A DNA stretch of 64,000 nt from Alphaproteobacteria bacterium (GCA_009784815.1 WQXN01000001.1:65857-129856); one strand, 5' to 3'. Positions 16,183 to 26,076 are shown, counted from the first letter of the stretch. Program-made: numbers and translations. Notes: generated by a model not told the origin, from the sequence alone.

Positions 16183-18162
16183 CTATACGAATAGGTCTTT
16201 CACAAATTTGGCGTTTTCAGTGATGAACTTAAACCGGAACTCGGGCTTTTTGCCCATAAGATTGGCGACCAAGACTTTTGTTTTTTCCGCGTCTTCGTGG
16301 CCCTCCTCGGTTTTCGGGGGAAGTTCGACCCGTATAAGTCTGCGCGTTTTCGGATTCATTGTGGTGTCTTTCAGCTGGTGCGCCATCATTTCTCCAAGAC
16401 CCTTAAAACGCGAAATTTCGATCTTTTTGCCTTTGAATTTTCCGTTCTTCAGCTCGTCCAGTTCGTCATCGTTGGCCACATAGATCGTGTCTACTCCGAC
16501 CGACAGCTTGTAAAGCGGGGGGCATGAAAGATAAAGATGTCCGCCTTCAATCATTTGAGGCATGAACTGGTAAAAAAACGTCATCAGCAGGCTTGCTATG
16601 TGCGATCCGTCAACGTCTGCGTCCGTCATGATTATTATCTTTTCATAACGCAGTTTTTCTTCGTCATAATTGCCTCGGGTTCCGCAGCCCAAAGTTTCTA
16701 TCAGGTCGTTCAGTTCCTTATTGCCTTCGAACTTTTCGTCCGATCCGGCGACCACGTTCAATATCTTTCCTTTTAGCGGAAGTATCGCCTGGGTCTCGCG
16801 CGATCTGGCCTGTTTCGCCGTGCCGCCGGCGGATTCGCCTTCGACTATGAACAGCTCGGTCCCTTTGATGTGATGCTTGGAGCAGTCCGCAAGTTTCGAT
16901 GGCAGGCGTAGTTTTCTGGACGGGGTTTTGCGCGCTATGTCCTTCGCCTTCTTCACTTTTATCCGCGCTTCGGCCAAAGTTTTGGCGAATTCCAATAATG
17001 CGTTCGCAGTCTTTGGGTCCGATCCAAGGAACAGGTCGAACGGGTCGCGCGCCGCGTTTTCTATATATTTTACTATTTCCGGATTCGATAGCCTTTCTTT
17101 GGTCTGGCCTAAAAACTGCGGCGCTTTATAGAATAGCGACACTATGCCGCAGGCGCTGTCGAACACGTCTTCGGCGGTTATGTTTGCGGCCGATTTGTCG
17201 CCGATCCGTTCCGCGTAATTTTTAAGCCCCTTGGTGATCGCCGACTTGAAGCCGCTTTCGTGGGTGCCTCCGTCCGTCGTGGCGATGGTGTTGCAGTATG
17301 AATTCAAAAATCCGTCGTCGCTTGCCGCCCCGTTTTCATCCGTAAGCCATGTGATGGCGAATTCGACTTTGCCAGTTTCGTCCGGAAACGGCACCGATCC
17401 CGAAAATATTTTCGGGGTTAGTTTAACTTTGTCTTTTACGGTCTGTTCAAGAAAATCCGATATGCCGTTAGGAAAATAAAAATCCTCACTGGCCGGAATG
17501 CCCATGTCTTCGGTGATAAGTTCTGGATTGCATTTCCAGCTAAGACGCACGCCTTTCGACAGGAACGCCTTGGCGCGCGCGCGGCGGTACAGCCATACGG
17601 GTTTGAATGCCGCGGCGTCCCCAAATATCTGCGTGTCGATCGTGAATCTGACCGATGTGCCGTGCGCCGTCGTAGCCTCGCCTCTTTCAAGCGGCGCCGC
17701 CACTTTGCCGCGGGACAGTTTCAGTTTCCAGAAATAACCGTCGCGCGCGACTTGTATCACCGTTTCGGATGAAAGCGCGTTTACTATCGCGGCGCCGACT
17801 CCGTGCAGGCCGCCGGAAGTTTTATAGTTGCTGTTGTCGAACTTGCCGCCCGAGTGAAGGGTGGTGAATATGATTTCAAGCGCGGACTGGTCTGGGTATT
17901 TCGGGTGACGGTCGACCGGTATTCCTCGGCCGTTGTCCTTAATTTCTATAGTTTTGGAATCTATTAGGTTGAATTCTATCTTTGTGGCGAATCCGGCTAT
18001 TGCCTCGTCTATCGAATTGTCCAAAATTTCCGTCGGCAGGTGGTGCAGGGCCTTTTCGTCCTTGCCGCCTATATACATTCCCGGGCGCAGCCTGACCGGT
18101 TCAAGCCCTTCTAAGACCTGAATGTCGGCCGCATTGTAAGATTTGATTTTGTCGTTCGCCAT
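16183..18162 (-). CDS. parE: DNA topoisomerase IV subunit B (type IIA topoisomerase B subunit)
   Basis: GHKL ATPase (LEGLEPVRLRPGMYIGG, ILDNSIDEA, DNGRGIPV), TOPRIM ELFIVEGESAGG, and PLKGKILNV. A length near 659 aa without the long GyrB insertion favours ParE over GyrB. Start at the ATG at 18162 (MANDKIKSY). Confidence 0.8.
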   Translation of the reverse strand: MANDKIKSYNAADIQVLEGLEPVRLRPGMYIGGKDEKALHHLPTEILDNSIDEAIAGFATKIEFNLIDSKTIEIKDNGRGIPVDRHPKYPDQSALEIIFTTLHSGGKFDNSNYKTSGGLHGVGAAIVNALSSETVIQVARDGYFWKLKLSRGKVAAPLERGEATTAHGTSVRFTIDTQIFGDAAAFKPVWLYRRARAKAFLSKGVRLSWKCNPELITEDMGIPASEDFYFPNGISDFLEQTVKDKVKLTPKIFSGSVPFPDETGKVEFAITWLTDENGAASDDGFLNSYCNTIATTDGGTHESGFKSAITKGLKNYAERIGDKSAANITAEDVFDSACGIVSLFYKAPQFLGQTKERLSNPEIVKYIENAARDPFDLFLGSDPKTANALLEFAKTLAEARIKVKKAKDIARKTPSRKLRLPSKLADCSKHHIKGTELFIVEGESAGGTAKQARSRETQAILPLKGKILNVVAGSDEKFEGNKELNDLIETLGCGTRGNYDEEKLRYEKIIIMTDADVDGSHIASLLMTFFYQFMPQMIEGGHLYLSCPPLYKLSVGVDTIYVANDDELDELKNGKFKGKKIEISRFKGLGEMMAHQLKDTTMNPKTRRLIRVELPPKTEEGHEDAEKTKVLVANLMGKKPEFRFKFITENAKFVKDLFV

Positions 18163-18251
18163 GTCCGGGATAATAATGTTTTTTCCTCTTGCGCGCAAGG
18201 GGTATTTTTTTGTAAAGTATAGGAAAACTTATATTAACGGAGCATATTATC

Positions 18252-19367
18252 ATGGAATTTTCAGTATTTCGCCAGGTTTTGGTAAAGTCTATCGCGCACA
18301 TGCAGTCGATCGTGGAGCGCCGCGCGCCCCTGCCTATCATGATGAACGTCAAAATCGAAGCCAAGGACGACTTGATTATAACCGCCGCGAACGTGGACCT
18401 TGAACTTGTCGAGCGCGTTAAGGCGGATATTACTTTGCCGGGCAAGATCACGGTGCCGGTGCATCTTCTTTACGATATCCTCCGCAAGCTTCCCGAAGAG
18501 GCAGAGATCAAGATAAGACAGGCCAACGAACAGCAGCTGATCGTATCTTCGGGCAAGGCCAAGTTTACCCTGCTTACCCTTTCCGCCGACAGTTTTCCGA
18601 CTATGTCCGCCGCCAATATGTCCGCCAAATTTTCTATGACCACCGGCGGTTTGGCGCACATGATCGACAAGACGAAATTCGCGATCCCGGGCGACGACAC
18701 GCGCTATAACCTGGCCGGAATTTATCTGCACCTTACGGCCGAGGGGAAAACCCTGACCGCTGTCGCGACCGATTCTTTGCGTATGGCCGTATGCTCGGCC
18801 CCGGCTCCTGCGGGCTCTTCTAATATGCCGTCGGTTATTCTTCCGCGCCGCAGCATCGGCGAATTGTCCAAGCTTTTGGCGGACGCTGATGTTGACGACG
18901 TCATGGTGGAATTGTCCGAAACTAAGGCGCGCTTTACGATAGGCGACGCGGTTTTGACTACCAAGCTTATCGACGCTCAGTTCCCGAACTATACTATTGC
19001 GATTCCGAAATCCAACGACAAGCTTGCGGTGTTTCCCAAGGCTCAGTTCGTCGAGATGATAGACCGCGTGTCCGTCGCTTCGACCGAACGCACGAAATCG
19101 GTTGTGCTTAATTTCTCGGCAGGCAAGCTGGTGGCCAACACTTCCACCCCCGAAGCCGGAGCCGCGGTCGAGGAAATGGATGTCGAATACAATAACGACG
19201 AGCAGTTCCAGATCGTGTTCAACGTGCGCTTCCTGCTTGATATAGCGACCCAGATAGATGCGGACAAAATGCAGATTTCCATGATGGATTCTCTTTCCCC
19301 GACCATATTGCAGGGCAAAGAGAAAGAAAACGACTGCTTCTTTATACTTATGCCGCAGAAGGTCTGA
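18252..19367 (+). CDS. dnaN: DNA polymerase III beta sliding clamp
   Basis: 371 aa, three-domain pattern: ...VERRAPLPIMMNVKIEA..., LIDAQFPNY, ...FILMPQKV C-terminus. Confidence 0.95.
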   Translation: MEFSVFRQVLVKSIAHMQSIVERRAPLPIMMNVKIEAKDDLIITAANVDLELVERVKADITLPGKITVPVHLLYDILRKLPEEAEIKIRQANEQQLIVSSGKAKFTLLTLSADSFPTMSAANMSAKFSMTTGGLAHMIDKTKFAIPGDDTRYNLAGIYLHLTAEGKTLTAVATDSLRMAVCSAPAPAGSSNMPSVILPRRSIGELSKLLADADVDDVMVELSETKARFTIGDAVLTTKLIDAQFPNYTIAIPKSNDKLAVFPKAQFVEMIDRVSVASTERTKSVVLNFSAGKLVANTSTPEAGAAVEEMDVEYNNDEQFQIVFNVRFLLDIATQIDADKMQISMMDSLSPTILQGKEKENDCFFILMPQKV

Positions 19368-19387
19368 GAAACCCTGTTATTTTAAAC

Positions 19388-19432
19388 CAACCCGCTAAGC
19401 TAAAATAAAAAGCGAGGCGGGTTGAATTTTTT
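19388..19432 (+). repeat. Hairpin element copy 3; also the dnaN intrinsic terminator
   Basis: CAACCCGC / GCGGGTTG 8-bp perfect stem around the 21-nt loop TAAGCTAAAATAAAAAGCGAG, followed by AATTTTTT. 16-17 of 21 loop positions match copies 1 and 2. Confidence 0.65.
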
Positions 19433-19469
19433 AATCATACCATTATATTGCTATTAAAAAGGAATAGTC

Positions 19470-20606
19470 ATGGCGGATCGCGATCTGTATGAAATTTTAG
19501 GCGTGGCGAAAGGCGCAAGCGATGCGGACATAAAAAAGGCCTATCACAAGCTTGTCATGAAGCATCACCCGGATAAAAATCCCGGCGACAAAACTAGCGA
19601 AACAAAATTCAAGGAAATCAGCAACGCTTACGATATCCTTCGCGATAAGCAAAAGCGCGCGGCTTATGATCAGTTCGGCGATAAGGCTTTCAAGGCCGGC
19701 GGCGCGGGTGGCAATCCTTTCGGACAGGGATTCGGCGGCGGCGCCGGTTTCGAAGGTTTTGATTTCGGCGGCGCGGGCTTTGGAGATATGTTCGAGGATA
19801 TTATGGCGAACATGGGATTCGGAGGCCGAGGCGCGGGTCAGGGCGGCCGCCGCGCGCGTCAGGCCAACACAAGCGGCCGCGATCTTCTTCACGAAGTCCG
19901 CGTAAGCTTAAAGGATGCTTTTCGCGGCAAGACTGTCGAGGTTAAATTCAATACCAACGTAAAATGCGAAAAATGCGCCGGACACGGAACCGCGAATTCC
20001 AAGGCGGCGGACGAATGTCCTTCTTGCCATGGATCGGGGTCTGTGCGCAAGTCCAACGGGTTCTTCGCGTTCGAATCCGAATGTCCAGATTGCAGCGGCA
20101 TGGGCAAAAAGATTGATAAAAAATGTACCGATTGCCAGGGCGATGGCACCAAGCGCGGCAGCCGCACTATCCAAGTTAAAATTCCGGCCGGCGTTTCGAC
20201 CGGAGCGCGCCTGCGCGTCGCAGGCCAGGGCGAGGCCGGAAGCGTAGGCGGCGCTTCGGGCGATCTTTACGTCGACGTGATAGTCGACCGCGATCCGCAT
20301 TTCTCGCGCGATGGAAACGATTTGCTTGTAAATCTTTCCGTGTCTTTTGCGACTCTTGCTCTGGGCGGGTCCGTTTCGGTCAAAGGCATAGACGGGGAAG
20401 ATTTGGATGTCAAAATTCCAAGCGGTACACAGGTCGGCTCTAAGCTTCGCCTTAAGGGCAAGGGTATGCCCGAAATTGGGCGCGCCAATATTCGCGGTGA
20501 TCTATACCTTAATATAAAAACCGAAATTCCAACCAAATTGTCCGCCAAGCAGAAAGAGTTGCTGGAGAAGTTCGCTAAGGAAAAATCGGCCAAAGGATTC
20601 TTCTAA
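19470..20606 (+). CDS. dnaJ: Chaperone DnaJ
   Basis: J domain with HHPDKNP, a G/F-rich region, and four CxxCxGxG repeats ([32 protein letters not shown]). Confidence 0.95.
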   Translation: MADRDLYEILGVAKGASDADIKKAYHKLVMKHHPDKNPGDKTSETKFKEISNAYDILRDKQKRAAYDQFGDKAFKAGGAGGNPFGQGFGGGAGFEGFDFGGAGFGDMFEDIMANMGFGGRGAGQGGRRARQANTSGRDLLHEVRVSLKDAFRGKTVEVKFNTNVKCEKCAGHGTANSKAADECPSCHGSGSVRKSNGFFAFESECPDCSGMGKKIDKKCTDCQGDGTKRGSRTIQVKIPAGVSTGARLRVAGQGEAGSVGGASGDLYVDVIVDRDPHFSRDGNDLLVNLSVSFATLALGGSVSVKGIDGEDLDVKIPSGTQVGSKLRLKGKGMPEIGRANIRGDLYLNIKTEIPTKLSAKQKELLEKFAKEKSAKGFF

Positions 20607-20612
20607 TTATGC

Positions 20613-20641
20613 TTGCAAATTGACTAAAAATATGAGATAAT
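20613..20641 (+). promoter_or_regulatory. Candidate extended -10 promoter
   Basis: TTGCAA 20613-18, 17-bp spacer, TGaGATAAT with GATAAT at 20636-41. Confidence 0.35.
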
Positions 20642-20682
20642 ATTCATATATGTCAACTAATCAGTCAAAAAGGAAAGGCATT

Positions 20683-21066
20683 ATGAATAACAAAATACTA
20701 TTCGCTTCTGTTGCAATATTGGCCGCGGTTTCCGCAAGCGCGAACCAGTTGAAATTCTTTCGCGCTCTTAGTTGGGAAAAAGCCCATACCGCGCCCTTCG
20801 TATTTTCCGAAGACGTGCGTCCTGCCGCGCGCAACCAGATGGTGCGTTTCGATTCGATCCTATCGCGCTGCGGACTCAAGCTTGTCTATGTTCGCGCGAA
20901 CGACGGACGCAATGTCGAAATGAACGGAATAGCTTCATTTAAATTGGATGATACTTTCTGGAACGGCAAGGTGGCGATACACGCCTCAAGCCAGACCAGG
21001 ACCCTTTGTCCGAACGGCATTAATATAACCATCGGCGACGAGGAAGCCTCGGTGCGCTGGAAATAA
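20683..21066 (+). CDS. Small secreted protein, unknown function (127 aa)
   Basis: Signal peptide MNNKILFASVAILAAVSASA. AAAGGAAAGG RBS before the ATG at 20683. Confidence 0.65.
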   Translation: MNNKILFASVAILAAVSASANQLKFFRALSWEKAHTAPFVFSEDVRPAARNQMVRFDSILSRCGLKLVYVRANDGRNVEMNGIASFKLDDTFWNGKVAIHASSQTRTLCPNGINITIGDEEASVRWK

Positions 21067-21085
21067 TTTGAGACTTGTGAGTTTT

Positions 21086-21118
21086 AAACCCGCCGGCTAT
21101 TGCCTTGGCGGGTTTTTT
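21086..21118 (+). terminator. Rho-independent terminator
   Basis: AAACCCGCC-(12-nt loop)-GGCGGGTTT followed by TTTT. Confidence 0.75.
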
Positions 21119-21146
21119 AATTTATAATTCCAAAAAAGGATTAACA

Positions 21147-21713
21147 ATGGGCGATTGGGGTTCCGCTGTTTATGTGACCAGTCAGATTTTGCAAGGCTTG
21201 GCGTATCTGCTTCTGATGTTCACCTTTTTTATAATAAGCAGAAAATTGCAACTTGCGGCCGTTATTATCGCAAGCGTGTTTATGGGCGCGGGGTTTTTAT
21301 TGCTAGGGGGGGGCATGGGCGCCGCTGTGCTTGGCGTCGCTGTATGCCGCGATGTTACAAGTTATTATCTTAACGGCGCAAGGAAACCAGAAGACAGAAG
21401 CAAGATTACGAAATCGGATTGGTGGCTTTTGGCTTTATGGGCGACTTTGGCGTCCGCTCTCTCGCTGTTCGCTTATCACGGGTTGCCAAGCCTGTTCGCC
21501 TATTTCGGCATGATGTCTTTTACCGTCGCCATATGGCAGAAAAATCAGGCGATATATCGTATTCTTGGCGTTCTTGCCGCGGTCTTTTGGATTATCTATA
21601 ACGTGGTTCTGGATTCTTTTGTGGGCACGGTGTTGGAGGGCGTATTCCTGTTATCCGCCGTCATGGGCTTGATATTGTATTTGAAAAATTACAGTTCTTT
21701 CAGAAAAGTATAA
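21147..21713 (+). CDS. Integral membrane protein (weak resemblance to the YgjV family)
   Basis: About six hydrophobic helices. AAGGA RBS before the ATG at 21147. Contains an in-frame G8 tract at 21306-21313. Confidence 0.6.
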   Translation: MGDWGSAVYVTSQILQGLAYLLLMFTFFIISRKLQLAAVIIASVFMGAGFLLLGGGMGAAVLGVAVCRDVTSYYLNGARKPEDRSKITKSDWWLLALWATLASALSLFAYHGLPSLFAYFGMMSFTVAIWQKNQAIYRILGVLAAVFWIIYNVVLDSFVGTVLEGVFLLSAVMGLILYLKNYSSFRKV

Positions 21714-22291
21714 AAATTTTTCGTCGGATCGCAAGTTTTGTTTGTGGATTTTTTGCGGAATATTTCCCGGCATCCGTTCTTGATATAAAAATCCACTCCG
21801 CATGAATCGTCCGTGTCTATACGCAGATTACGGGCGTTGTGTTTCTTTGATATGTCGCACAATTTATTGAATAGCGCGTTCCCGAATCCCTTGCGGCGCG
21901 CGCCTTGGCTTATTATAATTATTGTTTCGTCCGAGTCGAATTGCCCTTCGAATTTTTTGGGAAGATAGTCGTACGCGGCATAGTACCGTTTGATTAATTT
22001 CCGAATTTTTCGCGGCTGGATCGCAACTATTATGTTAAACATTATTTTTGATATGAATCTTTGTATGGGTGCGCGGCGCGATCCGTAGATTTCTACTCCG
22101 GCGAATCCGACGGTTTTTCCGTTTTCTCTGATTTTTATGAATTCATTTGTGCGCATGATGATTTCGAACGCGTATAGATAGTCGCACGTTCCGGATTTGC
22201 CGGTGGCTTTCTTTCCTAAATCCCATTGCCGGCCTATCATTTTTGCAAGCTTGGCTACGTTAAAAATGGATGCTTTTTGAATCTTGATCAT
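21689..22291 (-). CDS. GNAT-family N-acetyltransferase
   Basis: Acetyl-CoA motif ISQGARRKGFGNALFNKL (Q/R-x-x-G-x-G/A). Confidence 0.75.
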   Translation of the reverse strand: MIKIQKASIFNVAKLAKMIGRQWDLGKKATGKSGTCDYLYAFEIIMRTNEFIKIRENGKTVGFAGVEIYGSRRAPIQRFISKIMFNIIVAIQPRKIRKLIKRYYAAYDYLPKKFEGQFDSDETIIIISQGARRKGFGNALFNKLCDISKKHNARNLRIDTDDSCGVDFYIKNGCREIFRKKSTNKTCDPTKNFYTFLKEL

Positions 22292-22339
22292 AAGGCTATT
22301 TTAATATAAAAACCGCGCCTCTACAATTCTTTTTTGTTC

Positions 22340-22368
22340 TTGTGCCGATTCGTTCGATTTGCTATAAT
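22340..22368 (+). promoter_or_regulatory. Candidate extended -10 promoter for the pilus-like cluster
   Basis: TTGTGC 22340-45, 17-bp spacer, TGcTATAAT with TATAAT at 22363-68. GGAAAGGAAA RBS before the ATG at 22404. Confidence 0.5.
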
Positions 22369-22403
22369 TACGATAATAGTCAGGGGAAGGAAAGGAAATA
22401 GAC

Positions 22404-23222
22404 ATGTTTCAAAGAATTATAGCGGGAATCTTCGCGTTATTGGCCTTCGCGCCTATGGCCGCGCATTCCTGGTCGGATCGAAGCCAACTGGTTTGGGAAG
22501 GTCCCGAAGATGTATCGCCCGAGAATACTGCGGCGTCTGCATCGTCGGCGCCGGCGGCGGCCGCTCGGCCGTCCAGGCAGGCAAGACCTTTTGCTCCGCA
22601 GGAATCGAATTTTCGGGCGTCTGGTCTTCGCGTCAGCAATCAGATTATAACCAATAATTTCGGCGATCAGTATTCTTTCTCGGGCGGGCCGGACCTTATG
22701 CACGGCAACAACGCTCCGGCTGGATTCAACGATAATTCGCAGGCCGCTATGCCGCTTTTGACTCAAGGCATGGTCGAGGATGACGGCGGAGCGGCGCTTG
22801 CCGTGACCCAGAGCGACCGCCGCGCGCCGGCCGCAAACCGCGATGTTATGGTGTCTGACGCCGTCGTTGACGGCGGAACCCGCGTTATGAGCGCCGACGA
22901 TATGGCCGAGGATTTTGACGCTGCGGCCGACGCCGGTTCCGGCGCGGACGTTGTTAAAAGCTGGGTAGTGATGTCGGGCAAAACCCTGCGCGAAGTTTTG
23001 GGCGAATGGGCCGAGAACGCCGGTTGGGATCTTGTATGGAATACGTCCCGCGAATATCCGATTTCCGCAAGCGCCGTTTTCGAAGGTCGGTTCATGGACG
23101 TGTCGTCGGCTTTGGTGCGTAACTTTGCGCGCGCGACGCCGGTTCCGCACGCAAGATTTTATAAGGGGAACAAAGTGCTTGTCATAAGCACTTTGGAAGA
23201 TGGAGACAGCAATGCTTATTAA
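22404..23222 (+). CDS. Periplasmic protein with a C-terminal TcpQ/PilL-like domain (type IVb pilus accessory)
   Basis: Signal peptide MFQRIIAGIFALLAFAPMAAHS and an Ala/Pro/Asp-rich linker. The C-terminus SWVVMSGKTLREVLGEWAENAGWDLVWNTSREYPISASAVFEGRFMDVSSALVRNF...FYKGNKVLVI matches the TcpQ/PilL signature as I remember it. Confidence 0.65.
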   Translation: MFQRIIAGIFALLAFAPMAAHSWSDRSQLVWEGPEDVSPENTAASASSAPAAAARPSRQARPFAPQESNFRASGLRVSNQIITNNFGDQYSFSGGPDLMHGNNAPAGFNDNSQAAMPLLTQGMVEDDGGAALAVTQSDRRAPAANRDVMVSDAVVDGGTRVMSADDMAEDFDAAADAGSGADVVKSWVVMSGKTLREVLGEWAENAGWDLVWNTSREYPISASAVFEGRFMDVSSALVRNFARATPVPHARFYKGNKVLVISTLEDGDSNAY

Positions 23223-24777
23223 AAAATATTTTGTCATAGCTTTGGCGGCGGTCGCTTTGGCGGCTTGCAACAAAAAGCATTCGACGCAGGTGGCAGGCGA
23301 AGTCGACGACGGCTTCATAAACGCGTTCCGCGCTATGGAGCAGTCCCGTATGCCGCAAAACCGCATGACGGTCGACAGCGTGTCCGCAAGCGAGGGCGTA
23401 TGGCTTGGGGCGCGTTCCACCACCATCCGGCACAGGAACGATCTGCCGCGCAGATTCGAGGGAGAAAACGGAGTGACCATAGTTCTGGACGAGCCTGCGA
23501 CGCTTAACAGTTTGGCCGGTACCATTCACGAAGTAACCGGAATTCACGTAACGATCGACGGGCAGATTTCATCCGAAAAACTGGCCCGGACTTTTCAAAT
23601 TTCGCACAGCGGAAAGCTGTCCGATCTTTTGACCCGCGTCGCAAACGAGGCGGATGTCATGTGGTATTACGACAAGGAGAGCATAGTCTTCTTCGAGACC
23701 GAGACCAGAACCTTTAACCTATTCGCGCTTGGCACCGACATAAGCTTTTCGTCCCGCATTCAGACCGACGATTCAAATCAGGTGTCCTTGGAGTCCAACC
23801 TGCGCGAGTGGGATGAGATCGAGCGTTCGATCACAGGAATCTTGGACGGCGCGTCAAGCGCGCGCTTTACCGTGTCAAGGTCGCTTGGTACTATAACCGT
23901 CACCGCTTCCCCGTCCGCAATGAAGCGCGTCGGAGATTATATCGCGCGTCAAAACCGCCGTTTGTCCCAGCAGATTTCAATCGATGTCAAAGTCTTGCAG
24001 GTGTCCATTCAGAATGCGAACGCCGTGGGCCTGAACCTTACCGCCGCCATTCAGTCGGTGGGCGGTTTGCGTCTTGCCTCGAACCCGTCCAACAATCTTT
24101 CGGCCGACACTATAGGCGCTATATCGGGCTTGTCGGTCGCCGTGCTGGACAACGCCACGACTTTGGGCTCGGCGGCGGGCACTACCGCTTTGGTTCAGGC
24201 TTTGGCCAGCCAGGGCAAGGTATCCTTAATGACCAACGCTTCGGTCACGACGCGCAACAACCGCGTGGCCCCGGTCAGCAACGTTCGTAACACCGGATAT
24301 ATCCGCCGCATAGAATCCCGAACTTTCACGACCGTCGAATCCTCGAGCGTCGAGCAGGACACGGTCGAAACCGGATTTTCGATGCAGTTGCTGCCGAACA
24401 TTATCGAGAACGGCCGCGTATTGTTGCTGTTCAAGATGTCATTGCGCGAATTGATCCGCATGAATACCGCTCAAATTGGCGGAGGTGGCGGAAGTCCGGG
24501 CATCACAATACAGATGCCTGACGTCGAAGAGCGCGCGTTTATGCAAGAGGTAATTTTGGAATCGGGGCAGACTTTGGTCATATCGGGATTCGAGAGGCAG
24601 ACGAACGACGATTCAAGATTCGGTATCGGAGAGGCGGACTTTATGGCGCTGGGCGGATCGCGCGAGACTTCAAGCGCGCGCGACGTTCTGGTCGTAATCT
24701 TGACGCCGCAGGTTCACATATCCCCCATGGATAGCGAACGCGCCGCTATGCGTGAATTCGGTGCGCCGCTTAATTAA
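23212..24777 (+). CDS. Lipoprotein secretin (R64 PilN / BfpB / TcpC type)
   Basis: Lipobox LAAC after MLIKKYFVIALAAVA. Secretin C-domain: ISIDVKVLQVS..., GKVSLMTNASVTTRNNRVAP, GFSMQLLPNIIENGRVLL, QTLVISGFERQ. GGAGA RBS before the ATG at 23212. Confidence 0.85.
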   Translation: MLIKKYFVIALAAVALAACNKKHSTQVAGEVDDGFINAFRAMEQSRMPQNRMTVDSVSASEGVWLGARSTTIRHRNDLPRRFEGENGVTIVLDEPATLNSLAGTIHEVTGIHVTIDGQISSEKLARTFQISHSGKLSDLLTRVANEADVMWYYDKESIVFFETETRTFNLFALGTDISFSSRIQTDDSNQVSLESNLREWDEIERSITGILDGASSARFTVSRSLGTITVTASPSAMKRVGDYIARQNRRLSQQISIDVKVLQVSIQNANAVGLNLTAAIQSVGGLRLASNPSNNLSADTIGAISGLSVAVLDNATTLGSAAGTTALVQALASQGKVSLMTNASVTTRNNRVAPVSNVRNTGYIRRIESRTFTTVESSSVEQDTVETGFSMQLLPNIIENGRVLLLFKMSLRELIRMNTAQIGGGGGSPGITIQMPDVEERAFMQEVILESGQTLVISGFERQTNDDSRFGIGEADFMALGGSRETSSARDVLVVILTPQVHISPMDSERAAMREFGAPLN

Positions 24778-24807
24778 GAATTGTCGCGGGGAAAATTTTG
24801 GAGAGAG

Positions 24808-26076
24808 ATGGCAGGGCAGGTAATATCTATTGGTCGGAAAAAATACGCGACCGGGCTTTTTTGGCAGCCGGTCGGATCCGCTCGCTCGGCCAAGGATGTC
24901 GCCGTTAAAATATCAGAATCTAGTCCCAAGGCGAAATTCAGATATTACGCGGAATATCGCAATCAGGTTGGGCTTGGATCCTTCGCGCTGAAGCATGCCG
25001 CCGGAATGACTCCTTTGGCTGCCGAAGTCGCCGAGAGTTTCGGAGATTCTACGTCGTTCGCCGCCGCCTTCAAAGTGGGGTCGGGCTATTATACTTTGGC
25101 CGTAAGGAACGGCGTTATACTATCTGATTCGGACCGCCTTTTTAATGATGAGAATGCTGCGCGCGCCGCTTATGCTTCGTTGCTGGAACTGCCGGATTGG
25201 TCTCTTCGCGTCGCTCCGGAATCATGGGGAATCCAAGGCGCCGAGGCGCGAACTTTGGAAGACTTGGTGACCGGCCGTGTCAAAAGCGCGCTGCGTCCGA
25301 TACATACTACATTCGGTTCGGTATTCAATATCGCGCTTGTTCTTGCCGCGATATTGGGAGTTCTGTATTTCTTTAGTGCCGACATAAATCACATGATTGC
25401 GCGCCGCCCAGCCGCGTCGGCCATGACCGAAGAATCGGCCCGCCGCTTCCACGAGGAAATGGCCGCGCGGAATATTCGGCCCGAGGCGCCAGCGCCAAAG
25501 CCCGAAGCGTTAGTTATGCCTTGGGATGACATCCCGGACCATTCGGAAGTGTCCGCCCGATGCGTGCGCGCGATAGCCTTCGTCATGCAGCCCGTGTACG
25601 GCTGGAACGTCGTGTCCGCCGAATGCCAGAACGGATCAATCCGCGCGCTTATGCGCCGCGACTACGGCACGGTCGAAGACCTTTATGCCGTGGTCAACAC
25701 CATTATGCCGGGAATCGGTATACGCATAACCGGAACCGCCGGGTCCGACGCCGAACTTACCGGAGTTTTCGCAAAAACGCCGGGAGAATCCGCCGCGCCG
25801 GAATGGTCCCTGTCCGAGATCGAGCGGCGCGTCCGATCGGTCTTCCAGCAGGTCAATATGCAGGTCGATATTTCCCGCGGCCGCGAGATAGTTTCAAGCG
25901 AAGACGGGTCGGTGCGGAAAACCGCCGAGTTCGTGCGCCTTCGCGCGGATTCAAAAATCATGCCGGTAGAATTCGCTAAATTCTTGGAAGGAATTCCGTC
26001 CGTCGAGCTTGTGTCGATAAGATGGGACAATGTCCGAAACATTTGGAGTTACGAGGAGAAGATATATGCAAAATAA
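24808..26076 (+). CDS. Bitopic membrane protein in the PilO position of R64-type clusters
   Basis: One TM segment (VFNIALVLAAILGVLYFF). The assignment rests on gene order between the secretin and the PilP-like gene. GGAGAGAG RBS before the ATG at 24808. Confidence 0.5.
   Translation: MAGQVISIGRKKYATGLFWQPVGSARSAKDVAVKISESSPKAKFRYYAEYRNQVGLGSFALKHAAGMTPLAAEVAESFGDSTSFAAAFKVGSGYYTLAVRNGVILSDSDRLFNDENAARAAYASLLELPDWSLRVAPESWGIQGAEARTLEDLVTGRVKSALRPIHTTFGSVFNIALVLAAILGVLYFFSADINHMIARRPAASAMTEESARRFHEEMAARNIRPEAPAPKPEALVMPWDDIPDHSEVSARCVRAIAFVMQPVYGWNVVSAECQNGSIRALMRRDYGTVEDLYAVVNTIMPGIGIRITGTAGSDAELTGVFAKTPGESAAPEWSLSEIERRVRSVFQQVNMQVDISRGREIVSSEDGSVRKTAEFVRLRADSKIMPVEFAKFLEGIPSVELVSIRWDNVRNIWSYEEKIYAK

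Noticed and set aside
18163-18251. Possible oriC or DnaA-box cluster near dnaN
   Set aside because: No cluster of TTATCCACA-like boxes is visible. The spacer is short (89 bp) and is explained by divergent promoters.
22437-23525. 362-aa minus-strand ORF opposite the TcpQ/PilL-like gene and the start of the secretin gene
   Set aside because: It is a shadow ORF in a GC-rich stretch with an Arg-rich translation. The plus-strand genes have signal peptides, domain signatures and operon context.
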